A stretch of 64,000 bases of DNA from Octopus vulgaris (Eukaryota). Positions within the stretch are counted from its first letter, which is position 1. Every line of letters begins with the position of its first letter. Shown in pieces: positions 39,746 to 54,834 of the stretch. Both the position numbers and the translations under genes were made by a program. The DNA lies in NCBI GenBank assembly GCA_951406725.2, contig OX597817.1, positions 60,326,001 to 60,390,000 of the forward strand. The letters are read 5' to 3'. The notes under the pieces are model-generated. The model had not been told where the DNA came from. It made no database searches and saw only the letters and a program-made list of their open reading frames with translations.

Positions 39746-40527
39746 GCGTATGTGTGAAAGTTCAGGAGGGAGTGTGTGTGCATACACAGAGACACACGCA
39801 CAGCTGTAAAGAATGTCTGCATGAAAGAGCGTGTGTGTGTGTGTGGGGGAGGGAGAGACAGATAGGAGAATGAGCAAGACAATAAAAAAGAAAAAAAGAA
39901 AAGAAGAGAAAGGTTATAGTATAAAATATATTCTTGTAAGTATTCTTAAACAAAAAAAATGAAAATAAAAAAAACAAAAAACAAAACTAAAACGAGAGCC
40001 TAAACGGTCTTCTCCGCTCTGTAAAAATAATGTATTTGTCGTGTATCAAATGGATGTTAATAGCTGTATCCGTTGTTAATGATTTAAGCAAATTCGAAAC
40101 GTTTGATCCTAGGAGAACATAGTTTATAAACAAAGTGACTTGCTGTGTTAGTTAATTATACGGTGCGCCAAAGTAAAACGCGCGCGCAAGAATATTGGGC
40201 GAGAATTGCTGTTTATGTTTAAAATAGATACACGGACATGCAGGCGTACAGGCACGTCTTGAAATGAAAGGCTCAAATAACAATTTTCATACCAATTACC
40301 ATTAGAATGTTAATAATTGAAATCTCACCCGACCTGACTGGGATAATGATGCGACTTAAATCGGAACGTTTGATTTTTCAGGATAATAAAACCGCGTCTT
40401 TGACTGTTATATGAATAGGGTTTCCCGAGGTTTAGGACTTATAATGCCGGTTAGTCAGTTTCTGTGGCGTATAAGTGACCGAGATCACAGTTTTCCTTTC
40501 GAACGGCACTCTGGTCCGTTGTAGATT

Positions 40528-40723
40528 TCAAGGCCAGCAATTTTGAGGGGAAGGGACAAGTGAATTATATAAACTCCATGACTTGACTAGGATTTTATTA
40601 ATAGTAAAGGGATGAAAAACAAAGGGAGCGAAGGCTGGGTTTGAACTTTCAACGTAAAGATTCAGAAGAAATGCCGCTAAGCGTATTGTCCGACGTGCTA
40701 GCAATTCTGACAGACTATCGCCT
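40528..40723 (-). mobile_element. SINE family B, diverged
   Basis: GGATGAAA..TTTGAACT..AAATGCCGCTAAGC..CGACGTGCTA motif order is retained. Confidence 0.7.
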
Positions 40724-40814
40724 TACATAAATATTTAGATAATCCCAAAATTAAGCGTTGGGTGCTTTCACTTTCTTTCTTTTTCTATGTAGACGCTCAT
40801 ACGAACACGCACAC

Positions 40815-40921
<107 letters not shown>

Positions 40922-41282
40922 TTCGAATAGCCTTTCCTTTCAAAATTTCAGACCTTATGCCGATAGTAGAAAGGATTATTAATGTTAGAAAGACAAAATG
41001 GTGGAATCGGTAGAGTGACGAAGTAAATACACTGACTAATTTTGTTTCGCCTCAGCACGTTCCCATGTTCAAATCCCAAGTTCGCTTTCCTCACTCCAGG
41101 TTGCGAAAATAAGTGTCAGGCAAGTGCTGAAGTTGTTTTCCTCTATTTCAAGTCCTCACAAATCGACGGTGATTTGACTGCTATTTCTTGCAGGTCGAGC
41201 AACTGTGAAGAAATTCGTTCAAACAGTCTCACGTTGTCACCACTGTCCACCTCTGTCTATCTCACATTGAGTAGATCTATCA

Positions 41283-41339
<57 letters not shown>

Positions 41340-41619
41340 CATACATATATGAGTACAGGACGTGACTAATGGTGCAAATAACATTAAATACGTAAACAAC
41401 AAGAAAAATGGAAAACAGGACAATTAAACACAGAGAAAGGACCCTTCATCAGTTGCTGGTTGTTTGTCTACTCCCCATTTCGAGCATTCAACGACAATAT
41501 GAGTCTTCAAAGACAGTTGCTCTCATAAATTCTAAAATAAAATTTAGGATTTATGTAGGGTCAAAGTTAGGAATAAAAACAGGACAGTGGAGACATACAA
41601 CGAAAGGTGAATAACGCGA

Positions 41620-42114
41620 TAGGTAAATGGCACCGTTTTATATTTTTTATTTCGCGCATGCGCATTGTTTTTGGTTTTGTCGACTACACAGTATAGTAGG
41701 GTCAGTTGGACACGGTCTGTGAGAAAATCGCACCATGAAGCAATTCACTCTGCCAAAAATTTGGAAACGACATGCTGTAGTGCTTGGCATTCGCGCTGGA
41801 AGCATCAATATGAACATTTCAGAGTGTCTGGGTGTCAGTCTGAGGACAGTGCTGAGTTAGATGAGTCTAATGATGATCACGAAGGTACGGCAGCTCGGAA
41901 AACGCACTCTGATCGTTCTGGTAAGAAAATAACTCCTGAATTTGTTGGTGAGGTCTGGAGGTCGTGGTTGAAGCCAATGGCGATTCTATTGAATGAATTT
42001 ACTTTTTAGTATTTCAAGATATTTTTATGTAATCTTGGTAAATATCTGTTGAAATGAGATGTCAGTGTTATTTTCGTTTTTGCGTAATTTAGACGACAAT
42101 TTATTCACTGCACC

Positions 42115-42117
<3 letters not shown>
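41620..42117 (+). mobile_element. Internally deleted Tc1/mariner (maT-like) transposon remnant
   Basis: Right end CACTGCACCCTG|TA in (TA)n. N-terminal HTH-like WKRHAVVLGIRAGSINMNISECLGVSLRTV region is joined to the C-terminal LEVVVEANGDSIE*. Confidence 0.65.
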
Positions 42118-42198
<81 letters not shown>

Positions 42199-42237
42199 CA
42201 CACATATATATATACATATACATATATATATATGTAT

Positions 42238-42577
42238 GGAGGCGCATGGCTCAGTGGTTAGAGCGTCGAGCTTACGATCGTGAGGTTGTGAGTTCGAATC
42301 CCGGACCGGGCTGCGTGTTGTGTTCTTGAGCAAAGCACTTTATTTCCACGTTGCTCCAGTTCACTCAGCTGTAGAAATGAGTTGCGACGTCACTGGTGCC
42401 AAGCTGTATCGACCTTTGTCTTTCCCTTGGATAACACTGGTGGCGTGGAGAGGGAGGCCGGTATGCATGGGCGACTGCTGGTCTTCCATAAAAACAACCT
42501 TGCCCAGACTTGTGCCTCAGAGGGTAACTCTCTAGGTGCAAACCCATGGTCACACATGACCGAAGGGGTCTTTACCC

Positions 42578-42580
<3 letters not shown>
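42238..42580 (+). mobile_element. tRNA-derived SINE with conserved central domain (family A-related)
   Basis: A box TGGCTCAGTGG, B box GAGTTCGAATCC, then GTGTTCTTGAGCAAAGCACTT. A diverged reverse copy lies at about 47555-47690. Confidence 0.87.
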
Positions 42581-42614
<34 letters not shown>

Positions 42615-42639
42615 CATACATACATATATATATATATAC

Positions 42640-42697
<58 letters not shown>

Positions 42698-42800
42698 TTT
42701 ATTAATAAAGCTGCAAAAACATCACAAAAGCATATTACTCAACCTCCAGTATTCGAGTACTATTTTTTCCACCTCATTTCACATTTATGTTCTTACTCTG

Positions 42801-42883
<83 letters not shown>

Positions 42884-42892
42884 ATATGTATG

Positions 42893-42923
<31 letters not shown>

Positions 42924-43574
42924 GCAAATGTGTGTGTGCGTATGAGTGCTAAAGACATTTCAGAACACACGCGCACACACACGCACTCGCGTTAGAAATG
43001 ATCTATTTTTACAGAACAAAAATTCAACAAGCATATCGCCCACATGTAAAACAACCCAACCGATCTAAGCGTAATTCAATAAAATATTTATATACCCTAA
43101 ACATGTGTATATTCTATATATTCAGTAGCGTTTCTCTCTCTTTGATTTTTCTCCTTTTCACTATTATGAGCTGTTAGTAACTATTTTGGATTTTATCCAT
43201 CTCGTCCAGACTTGCTTTTCGTATGTGATGTCGTAATTCTGTAAGTTCCATACGATATGTCTGAGACCGGTTCATGCTTCATACAACGGCTTGTCAGTTG
43301 ATCAAAGCTAACGACTTTCAGCATAAAATGAAATAACACTGAACGCACTTAACATTACGAACGTACTTAGATCCACCCAGTCATAATCGACGCCATCTTC
43401 TCCCGTCTTCGTCTCGAAACAAAAATATTTTGTCACGCTCTTTATTTTACGCTATTCTACGCCATGTTATTTTCAGCGGAGTTTATTCGTTTTTAGTTAA
43501 TATCAGTCAATGAAAGCTTATTCCAGCACTGTAAACGTGGGGCTTTTACTCTGCTGCTCTAGCACCGTCACTAT

Positions 43575-43614
<40 letters not shown>

Positions 43615-43616
<2 letters not shown>

Positions 43617-45850
43617 AATGATTTCTTTATTAGCCACAAGGGTTTACTCTAAGAAAAACATTATGGACAGTACAGGACAAAACAAAGAATATATGTGTGT
43701 AGGTGTGTGTTGTTGCGAGGGTTTTGCATGTAAACAAGACCAACAATTTTTTTTTTAAAGGAAAGAAATCCACAATGTGTTAATCCTCAATAGAGAGGAG
43801 TCGTTCGAGGGACGCTCATGGAAAAACACCATAAAAAATTATGGGTACCTTTTTTTTTCTTTTCTTCTTTTCCAACTACAGGCGTATGCTCGGGGCAGGT
43901 CCGTTCACTTAAACCATTCTCGCCACTTTCATCCACCTTTTAGCAAACTGGCTAGAAGACAACACTTCCCTCTCGACCCTTATTTTCCTCTTCACGTGAA
44001 ACTCAAAGAAGTTCTTCAGGGATTGGCCAAAGAGAAAAGTGTTGGTCTTCAGCCCCTTTCAATCTCGTCCACCATACAACCACTTTCGCCATGACCACCA
44101 GGTTTTCCCTCCCGGTTAAAAGAAGGTGGCAGGGCGATCTTTATGATGGACTCACTTGACAGCCGGATCCTCTCCACAGCAGTTGTTCAACAGAAATCCA
44201 CAGGTCACCAATGCTCGGGCACTCGATGAGTGCATGCTGGACCGTCGTTCTGCGCGCATCTCGGACATGCTCGGCTGACGGTATTTCCGTGCCTGTAAAG
44301 TTTATCTCGAGAAGGCAAAGCTCCCCGGTAGCATTGCCAGACTAGAGATTTTTGGAAATTATCCATTGGTCCTGGGCCGAAATTCCTCCGGAAAAGAGCG
44401 AGTAGCCGATCTTCTTCTACGCCCATGGTCTCCCCAAGAACGTCGTCGCACTTTTCCCTCCATAAATCCTCGATAAAAACCTAAAGCAGACATTTTCTCT
44501 ACTTCTTGTTTGGATGAGAATTGTTGTTGCTTTTCTGTCTGTCTTTTTCCCGCTATCTTTTTGTTTTTAAATTCCACTCCTTATCTCGGTCCGACTCTCC
44601 CCCTGTGATGTTCGCCCACTCCGCATCGGGAAGTGAAACATCTGCGGGCGCTGAGAAGTGTTTGGGAGAACTCGGTGTCGGTATGGTTGTTGGTGTTGGT
44701 GGTGTCACGGCTGAATCTGCTGATGGTGATGGTGTTGTTACTGTTGTCGTTGGAGTTCTGGTGACCGTTGTTGGTGTAGAGAGGAGAGGTGCCTGTCTCT
44801 CTTTTTCCTTTAGTCTAGGCCAGAATGCTTTTAAATGGTCAGTTGAGAAGCAAATGTGACACTTAGCTTTCCTTCCATCTACCCTGACTGGAATTATGCT
44901 GCCTCCAGGAAGAAGAATCTGAGATCCACATTCCTTTGTGTCGTTTGTATGAAGAGTTCTCTGGTCATCCCGGACCAGTTCTCCTTTTTGGTCTGATAGG
45001 GTTCGAGGACTTTCGAGTTTTCCTCGATCTCTATCATCACTGCAGCAATTAGCCCAGGAATGGCTATTTCTGGTGGCCCCTGTTGAATGATGATTTTGGC
45101 CAGTCTCTGACCGCAGTAGAAAGGAACTAACAACTGCTCTTCGCTTTTGAGAGAATTTAGAGAGTGATGTCTGGCTTCTCGGTGCGGAATCGAATGTCCA
45201 CCACTCCTTAGGTCCTTCCTCTCTGTATGTATTCCTTTAGATTCCAGACGGAACCTAAAGTTTTTTTGTTTTGAGCTTCTGTGGATCTTTCCACCCTCCT
45301 TGATTTTAAACCGATTGTACGGCACGTCACTGTGCAGCGTATCTATTCCCGAATTGTCTCAGGTGGTGTATTTAACTTTACACCTAATCCGTCTCTCTCG
45401 ATTGGCTGTCTAACATTTTGAAGTCCTTCTTCGGAGAATTCTATTCTCTGAAGAGATGACTTGGTTGCTCCAGCGAAAGAAAGTTTAGAAGATCTAATCC
45501 AAGCCGTGGCACCGGTTTCTGTCTCAGCTCCTTCATTGTTTTTGTCATTGTTGCTGTTGTTATTGATGCTGTTGATGTTGTTGTTGTTGTTGTTGTCCTA
45601 GCTGTTGTTACTTGTACTTAACGCGTCCGTTGTTTCGCCGACGAAACGCCTCGCATTATTTACATTTTCGAAATCGCTGTTTTTATTTCGAACAATGTTG
45701 TCCAAACGGACCCAGCCCTGATGGCTTTTTGGTCCTTTTTTTCGCCAAAAATACAGCTATCGTGTGTTCTTTGTTCCAGCCCCAAGTCGCTTCGCACGCA
45801 CGCACTCCCTCTCATTGACATTTGGTGACGCTCCTCACTCTCTCCCCCTC
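43615..45850 (-). mobile_element. Internally deleted L1/Tx1-like LINE
   Basis: ORF1 remnant with knuckle KCHICFSTDHLKAFW (about 44820-44865); ORF2 C terminus MDNFQKSLVWQCYRGALP..CPRC (44250-44370); AATAAA followed by (TTG)n at the 3' end. No EN or RT sequence lies between. Confidence 0.75.
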
Positions 45851-46558
45851 TCTCAAGGAAGTAGAGAATTGTCATGCAAGGTGATATACGAATGAACTGA
45901 ATTCTGTTTTAAGGCAATAAGTATCATTCTCTTTGAAAATTAGAATTGATTTCATGGATTTATATAAACGCCAATATCATCTAATTTGAAAAATTATAAT
46001 TATTGCTTGTACGTTCAAGCTCACTCTCTCGATCCTAGGTCCATCCCTTAAACATTGGTTCCATTCCGAGAGAAAAGCAAGCAGTATATCTTCATTTTAA
46101 GCGTTGGCATTGATAGATTTATTAACTATTATCACTGATGGCTATCTAACTCAGATGACGATGGAGGCTACGTTATCTTTATTTAGAAAAGCTTACAATT
46201 ATTTTCATCTTTTTCTCCCTTTTTATTTACACTGATTTGTTTTTTCTTACACATTCTCAACTTTTTTGTAATTCGTTTCAGCTTTAAATTTGCTTTTCGT
46301 TTCTCGTTTCCCGTTTCTCGTTTTTGAGAATTTTTGAACGCTAGCCAAGTCAACATATTGGTATATTTAAAAGTGGTACAATGACGGTATATTCTCATAA
46401 ACACACATATGCGTAGAAAACATGCATTAACGCAAAAATACTTAGATATGTATTCACTTAATGGAGAATTAAGTACGAAAAGTGTCGTACATATATCATG
46501 TAGAGAGTGACATAGAGGTTGAGATATGCAGAACAAGTATTCTTATGCCTGTGCGTGT

Positions 46559-46599
<41 letters not shown>

Positions 46600-46727
46600 T
46601 ACATACATTCATACATACATACATACATACATACATACATACATACATACATACATACATACATACATACATACATACATACATACATACATACATACAT
46701 ACATACATACATACATACATACATACA

Positions 46728-46762
<35 letters not shown>

Positions 46763-46957
46763 CTCTCTCCCTCTCCACCTCTCTCTCTTTCTCTAATGTA
46801 TCATTCGGGATTCTTAATTAACTTGTAGAAAACGCGAGAACATTTACTAATGGTGGGACTCATACATTTATCAAAATAAAATTGAGTTGTTTTAACGGAA
46901 TATTCAACCAGGTTGATGAAGGCGTTTCATTTTTTTTACTCTTACAAAATGAACACT

Positions 46958-47188
46958 GCATCATCATCATCGTCGTCGTCGTCGTCGTCGTCATCATCAT
47001 CGTCGTCATCGTCGTCGTCGTCATCATCATCATCGTCATCATCATCATCATCGTCGTCGTCGTCGTCATCATCATCATCATCGTCGTCATCATCATCGTC
47101 GTCATCGTCGTCGTCGTCATCATCATCAGCAGCATCATCCTCCTCCTCATCATTATCATTATCATCATCATCATCATCATCATCATCG

Positions 47189-47219
<31 letters not shown>

Positions 47220-47383
47220 TATCGTCATCGTCATCGTCGTCATCATCTTCGTCGTCACGTCGTCGTTGTCATTATCTTTCATCATCATCATCATCATCAT
47301 CAACATCGTCATTGTCATCCTCCCCCTCCTCCTCCTCCTCATCATCGTCATCGTCATCGTCATCGTTGTCGTCGTCGTCGTCG

Positions 47384-47423
<40 letters not shown>

Positions 47424-47441
47424 TATCATCATCATCATCAT
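46958..47441. repeat. Compound (CAT)n/(CGT)n microsatellite
   Basis: Interleaved in-phase trinucleotide arrays. Confidence 0.97.
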
Positions 47442-48644
47442 CAGCCTCTGGACATTACTGTCTGGAGTCCAAGGACTCCTATGGCTTAGTTATCCAGTTG
47501 CCATGGCGTCTGGGTGACCGAGACCACAACATGCCTCTCCCTCCAGCGGTTGTCGTAGCGTCGTAGGGTGGCTCATTTACAGTTATGTGGGCTGGAGCAA
47601 CGTAAAATGAAGTATCTTGCTCAAGGACAGAACGCACCACTCGGGCTGGGAATCAAAACTACTATCTTTTGATCGTGAGAGTTGCTCGATTAGGGCGGAT
47701 TTAGAGTTAAACAAGAACAAGAAGGAGGAGGAGGAGGAGAAGAAGAAGAAGAAGAAGAAGAAGAAGAAGAAGAAGAAGAAGAAGAAGAAGAAGAAGAAGA
47801 AGAAGAAGAAGAAGAAGAAGAAGAAGAAGAAGAACAACAACAACAACAGACTGTAACGTATTTGAATGAAAACATTTTGAAGAAGCAATAAGCTACGAGG
47901 AATTCATTTATCTTGATTTGAAATTGAATAAAATCGAACTCCTGTCCAAGAGTCTTTAGGAAAAAAGAGATATCTACTGCTAAGTGGATGGCCACTGGAA
48001 CACCGAAGCCCTTTCTCAAATTCGCAATAGGGCTTCCACAAAGAAGCACTCAAAGACTTCTGTGTAATATTAGTAAGAAAAGAGGTTCCAAAATGAAGAT
48101 AATTGAAGAAACAGACGAAATTATTGAAGCTGAAATAATTAGTGCTCCTTATTGAGTATATTTGTTGGATGAGAAATACAAACAGAAGCTTTATTGATTG
48201 TCGTCTGCTGTTAACGATTTAAAACAACAGATTTCGTTCTATGGAAGTAAAATAGATTCATTTGGATGTTTTATCGTTTACATGTTTCAGTCATTGGACG
48301 GCAGCCATGCTGGAGCAGCGACTGGAAGGGTTTAGTGAAATAGATCGATTTCAGTACTATTTTGTTTTCAAAGTCTGGTACTTATTCCATCGGTTTCTTT
48401 CTCCAGAACCTCTAGGTTACGGCTACGTAAATAAAGCAACACCGGTGTTAGGAAGAATATAAACATAAAAATATAGACACATACACACACACTCCCACAC
48501 GTGCGCACACACACACACATATGTATGTATAATATGTAAATAGATATACATATATATATGTCTATATCTATCAGTATACATTTACATATACATACATACA
48601 AACATACAAACATACATACATACATACATACATATATACATACA

Positions 48645-49163
<519 letters not shown>

Positions 49164-49523
49164 TATATGTATACACACACACACACACACACACGTACAT
49201 ATGTACACACACACACACACATATATATATATGCGACGGGCTTCCACACAGTTTCCGTTTACTACTCAAAAGGCATTGATCATAGAAAAACTACCGTTTC
49301 GATCGTCTCATTTTCTTGTAGGTTATTTTATCAACCGCCCCCACAAAAAGAACCCCCCCCCCAAAAAAAAAGAAAACAAGCATAAATAAAACTGACAATC
49401 ACAGACTTTTGTTCAAAGTAGATCGAATGTTCTGGAACATATCAGTTCCAATAAACAAGACAATGACTTTTGGTAATCTTGTTTTTCTCAAACGAACAGA
49501 AAGAAACAAAACAGAAACAGAGA

Positions 49524-49609
<86 letters not shown>

Positions 49610-50017
49610 AATGAACTGCAAAAGAGAAAAAAAAAACCCAAATGAAATAAAGGAAAAGAAAAGGAGAGAATTGGTAAGAATTCTTGTAGGGAGCCAATAT
49701 AAACGGAATATAACTATGGAAATGTCACTAAAAGAGCTGACTTTTTAGATTTCGACTTCCGACAGAATTTATCTTATGTTCAGCTTATTTTGGTTGTACC
49801 AAATTGAAAGGAAAGTGGGAATTCTGTTCATTTGACTTTTCCTCTTATCTCTGGTTTTATGCTTATCATCGGTATTTCTTTAATGTCTTTTGGGTTCAAA
49901 ATCTGTCTGCCCACCTCCATCTTCACCACTTCTCCTCTTCTCTTGTTCTCTTCCCTTTGTTTCTTTTCATTCTTTTTGCTTGTTTTGTTTCACTGAGTTT
50001 GTTGAAGATACCAGCAG

Positions 50018-50018
<1 letters not shown>

Positions 50019-50101
<83 letters not shown>

Positions 50102-50111
50102 GTTACTATTA

Positions 50112-50188
<77 letters not shown>

Positions 50189-50189
50189 G

Positions 50190-50233
<44 letters not shown>

Positions 50234-50261
50234 GTTGTTGTTGTTATTATTATCATTATTA

Positions 50262-50334
<73 letters not shown>

Positions 50335-50366
50335 CATTACTATTATTATTATAATTATTATTATTT
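50019..50366. repeat. (ATT)n microsatellite with variants
   Basis: Long, mostly pure array. Confidence 0.98.
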
Positions 50367-50625
50367 TCGTTGTTATTATATTGTTTTATGCGAGCTGTTT
50401 CAAGTCTCACTCAGAGACTTCTTGTAACAGCAAGTTTGGTGTTTTTCTGTGGGTGTTGTTTATTATTAGCAACGATGTAGCTAAGGAGGATGGGAAAGGA
50501 GACCAAACGCTGGAAGCGAGATTCTGTTAGATTCCAAATATTTTCGATTTTGAGAAAATTTTAAGAGAATCAGACATTCTCAGTCTGGTTCTGATACTTT
50601 TGGCTTTCTGGTATTTGACCATTGT

Positions 50626-50706
<81 letters not shown>

Positions 50707-50717
50707 AATAATAATAA

Positions 50718-51272
50718 ATGCCTGTTGCAGTACCAGGCAGTGGCTCTCATGGCTTCTCATCTTAACTGATTGGAAGTGTTATCATGTACATTGTTTTGTC
50801 TTGGTATAAAAGATGGGCTACAGCAAATATTGTGCTCAATACCACAGATTTGCTTGTCAGTTGTTTGACCATAACCAGTTGAGTATGTCCCTTAGTGGCT
50901 GACGATATGTGCATCTCTGATCACGAGTAGAAGTAGTGGAGAATCATCATAGCCATGTGTTGAGAGGAATTCTTTGGGGTTTGGATAATTCACCTTTGGA
51001 AACAGGAGTGCTTTGTTCATCATCCTTAAACGACAGTTATTCAGGGACCTTTTGAACGGGATGGGCTACTCGACCTGAAGTAAATGCTCACTGGGCTCCC
51101 ATCTGCAAAGTCATGTGCTGTTTATCTTGATATGAGATCACCATGTCGCGCACATATGGTTGTGATACATGTATCTGGTGCACCCTTATCAGGCGGCTAT
51201 TTATCATGGGTATACTGCGCTTCATATATTTTACCCCAGTGTCACTCATGGAATGCACTGCTCTCTCACTCA
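50718..51272. mobile_element. Unclassified about 550 bp non-coding insert within (TAA)n
   Basis: Complex sequence bounded by TAA repeats on both sides. No convincing ORF. Confidence 0.4.
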
Positions 51273-52869
51273 GTAATAATAATGATTAAACGGCCATTTA
51301 TAAAGTATAATTTATAAACCCTGTGTCCCCTCCCCCAAATAATGTAACTAATCTTTATTGAATTATAAGTGTTAATAGGTTGTTAAGCGGATGTGTCAAA
51401 ACCTTTCTCAGTCGTGGAAATGACATGTTGTTTACAGAACAAAACTGAGCTCTGTGCGTTAACGAAACACTCGTTCATTCCACACTGTTCCTGCTGCTAT
51501 TTATAACAATATCTTCTCAGAATTAATTGTCATAAATATGAACCCTGAACAAAATAAGTAAATAGGTACCACACCCCGAACCATGAACCTATCTATGATT
51601 CATCCTTCCATTCTATCTCTCTCCCCTCTTTCTCTCTCTCCCTCTTTCTCTCTCTCTCCCTCTTTCTCTTTCTCTCCCTCTTTCTCTCTCTCCCCACTCC
51701 CCTCTCTCGCTTCATGTATTTTTATGTCTTCTCCATCTCTACACATACACCAGAATCGGAGATAATTTTAATAGATCAAGAATTTATGTTGCAAGGTATT
51801 TAATATGCCTGTACCTGTCCATGCTGTTCATACTATTGGCCACTTTGAGCTATTTCTCTTTGGACGTTTTTGTTTAAATCATTCAAGTTACCTTGGCCAT
51901 AAATCTGTTCTATTCTTTTCCGTTATAAGTGTAAGTCCATTGGCCACTGGAGATAAAGTCCGATAATTGTCCGGCTAAGGAAACGAAAACGCGTGACAAC
52001 CACTGTCTTTTTATCTCTTCTGTCATTTTCCTTAATGGCCTATCAATTTTGAAGAATACTTGAGCTTTGAGATTATCTCTCCTCCTCAAGTGGAGCCTTT
52101 TGCTAATTATGTTATTTCCTCTAAAATTGGAGATAATTAAAAAAACAAAAAGAAAAAAACCTCAAGCATTTATGTTGTATGGTATTTGACATACCTATAT
52201 TTGTCTGTGCTTAAAGGCCTGCTGTCTGTATTAATGCTGCCACTCTCGCCACTACATGTGACTGCATACGTTGCGTTATATAACCCAACACTAAACGCTG
52301 TGCTATTGCCAGGAACGGCCGACGAAGAGCTTCATCTGCTGCCATGTTGGCTTCTGCTACCTCCAACAAATGTCAGGTGATTTTCTGAAAAAGAAATCAA
52401 CTCAATAAATTAAGTATTAAACTAAATGTGTAGGTACGCGTTCGTATTGGCGCCATGTCACAAATGAAGTCTTGCCTGCATTACGAAACACTCGCCATAA
52501 GTGGTTTCGTAAAAGCGATTGCAGTATCTTATAAAAATTCTGTTTCTCCATCTCGTATGTTGGTATCAGATTTATCATTGTCTTTTTATCAGTTTGTTCT
52601 TATTTCGTTATCTGTGTTTACAGACATCTTAAGTAACTTTATCGCGCTTTATACAACACCATATCTGATATGATTTGTTACCGCTAAGATTGGAGCAGCT
52701 CCCACTTTATACAAGGATGCTAATCCATAATGTTTTCAGCTAAAACACCGCTCCGCTTTAGTAACAGTCGAGGAACCGAATGATACTCGATCATATTATA
52801 TCGTGGGTGTTCCTCAACGAACAACTTGGAAAATTAAAAATATATCTCTGTAACTTATTTCGTTTTACT

Positions 52870-53048
52870 TTGTATTTGGTTTGCAAGATGCTTGACATGA
52901 ACTCGTGTGTTGAGACATACTTTGTTGTGTCTCGGGAGGGTCTTTATGCCAATAATAAACACACGCACTGGTTATACTTCACATTTCTATTTGACAACTG
53001 GTTAAACATTTAACTTATAAAGCAATGAATTGTTTGATTAATCGTTCG

Positions 53049-53085
<37 letters not shown>

Positions 53086-53340
53086 CCAATCAATCAGATG
53101 AGTTCTTCAAATATAAATATAAACATAGAACCTGTAAGCTAGGAAACTGACAGACACACCGAAGCAGACTTGGAGTAGAAAACCATGACTTTGACGAGGT
53201 CACGAATGGTAATATAAAATAAAAAAGTAAAATAAAACCAGTGCGTGTGTTTATTATTGGTATAATGACCCTCCCTAGATACACAAAGTATGTTTCAACA
53301 CATGAGTTCACATCCAGATTCTTACAAACCATCTTCAAAA
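52870..53340. repeat. Inverted pair of about 105 bp elements
   Basis: 52870-52978 and 53233-53340 are reverse complements (GCAAGAT..GAACTCGTGTGTTGA..CCAATAATAAACACACGCACTGGTT). Related to 33700-33793. Confidence 0.85.
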
Positions 53341-54643
53341 ACGAACTGAGCGACATAGTTATATTGGAAACTAACTATTTTTTAATCTCACAACGAGAGA
53401 TATTCAACATCAGTACATTGCAGTAAAGATTGTTTGCCAACAACCAAGGAGCTGAGTGGGGGTGCTAGGTTCCCTTGTTCGAAAATATATGGACACAGAT
53501 CGTGTCGTATAGCCAGCTGGAGACGATGTCTCTTGGGGCTAAATTACAGCAACATTCGTCCTAAACCAGGACTGCCATGTTATGTTGGCAAACAATCTTT
53601 ACTCCGTAGTTATATTGCTCCTAGTCTCGGCAAGAAAAGAAAAAAGAAATATGTATGGTTTGTTTAGTCATTGGGAGAATCTTCACTATCTGCTCTGTAT
53701 AATTCTACACAATTTTCTTTTGTTCCCTACATCTTCATATTTGGTGTCAGTTTTGAATCAAATGGATGCACTAAACGATACAAATAGTTTCTTGATTCAT
53801 CCTAGATTGTTTCTCCAACAGGTGGCGCAACTGCATAATTTTTTTCAGTAGATTATGCCGAGATGGAAGACAGTACCTTGAGATGTTTGATTGCTGCTGG
53901 ACATGTTTAATACCTTTCACAGAAAGGTGACAAAATCAACATTTTCGATCAGATTTTGGGGGTCCAAGGCTTTTGGAAGGTCTTTTGATTGCCTTGTATT
54001 TTTTTTGTTATCACCTCGATACTAAAAACATAACCTTAAAAATAGGAAGTGCCGTGACGGTTATGAATATAAGAGAGGTTAACTTTCTTGGCTTCAGCTC
54101 GCAAAACGTAGGCATATATTATCACCTTCCTTTGGCAAGTGAAGTGTTTTTCTCCAAGTCTTAGTTGATGTAGGTCAGCCTGGCAGTTTTGGGGCCGCAG
54201 AGAACATCATCGGAAATAAGCACTTGTCAAAAATTCACTACTGACCGATAAGATGTTCTCTTCACATCACATCACTTGGCTGCTTTTGATAACAATAAAT
54301 GATAACAATATAATGCAATGTACTTGTGAATATTTATGTCGGTCTTGGCTTCTTGAAGTATAAGTGACATCTGCAAATACTTGCCTTCTAAGAATAAATA
54401 TAATAAATAGGAAAGAAAAAGCAAAAAATACAAAAATATAATATTAAAAAAATGTATATTTGATATTACATTATTTTTATCACACATTGTTATCAAAATT
54501 TAAATAACTCACAGCGAGTGCTATCTTCAGTTACTGATCAGTGACGGAAGACACAGTTGCAGTTTGTGTTTTATCCAGTATTTCGTAAGATAGACAGATT
54601 ATCTCTGATGATCATTTGTTATTATTCATGTTATTTCATATCT

Positions 54644-54732
<89 letters not shown>

Positions 54733-54775
54733 TGATGGTGGTAATTATTACTCATTTATTTTTCTGTCTTAACTT

Positions 54776-54834
<59 letters not shown>

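Noticed and set aside
54524-54551. 28 bp near-palindrome
   Set aside because: Isolated, with no supporting context.
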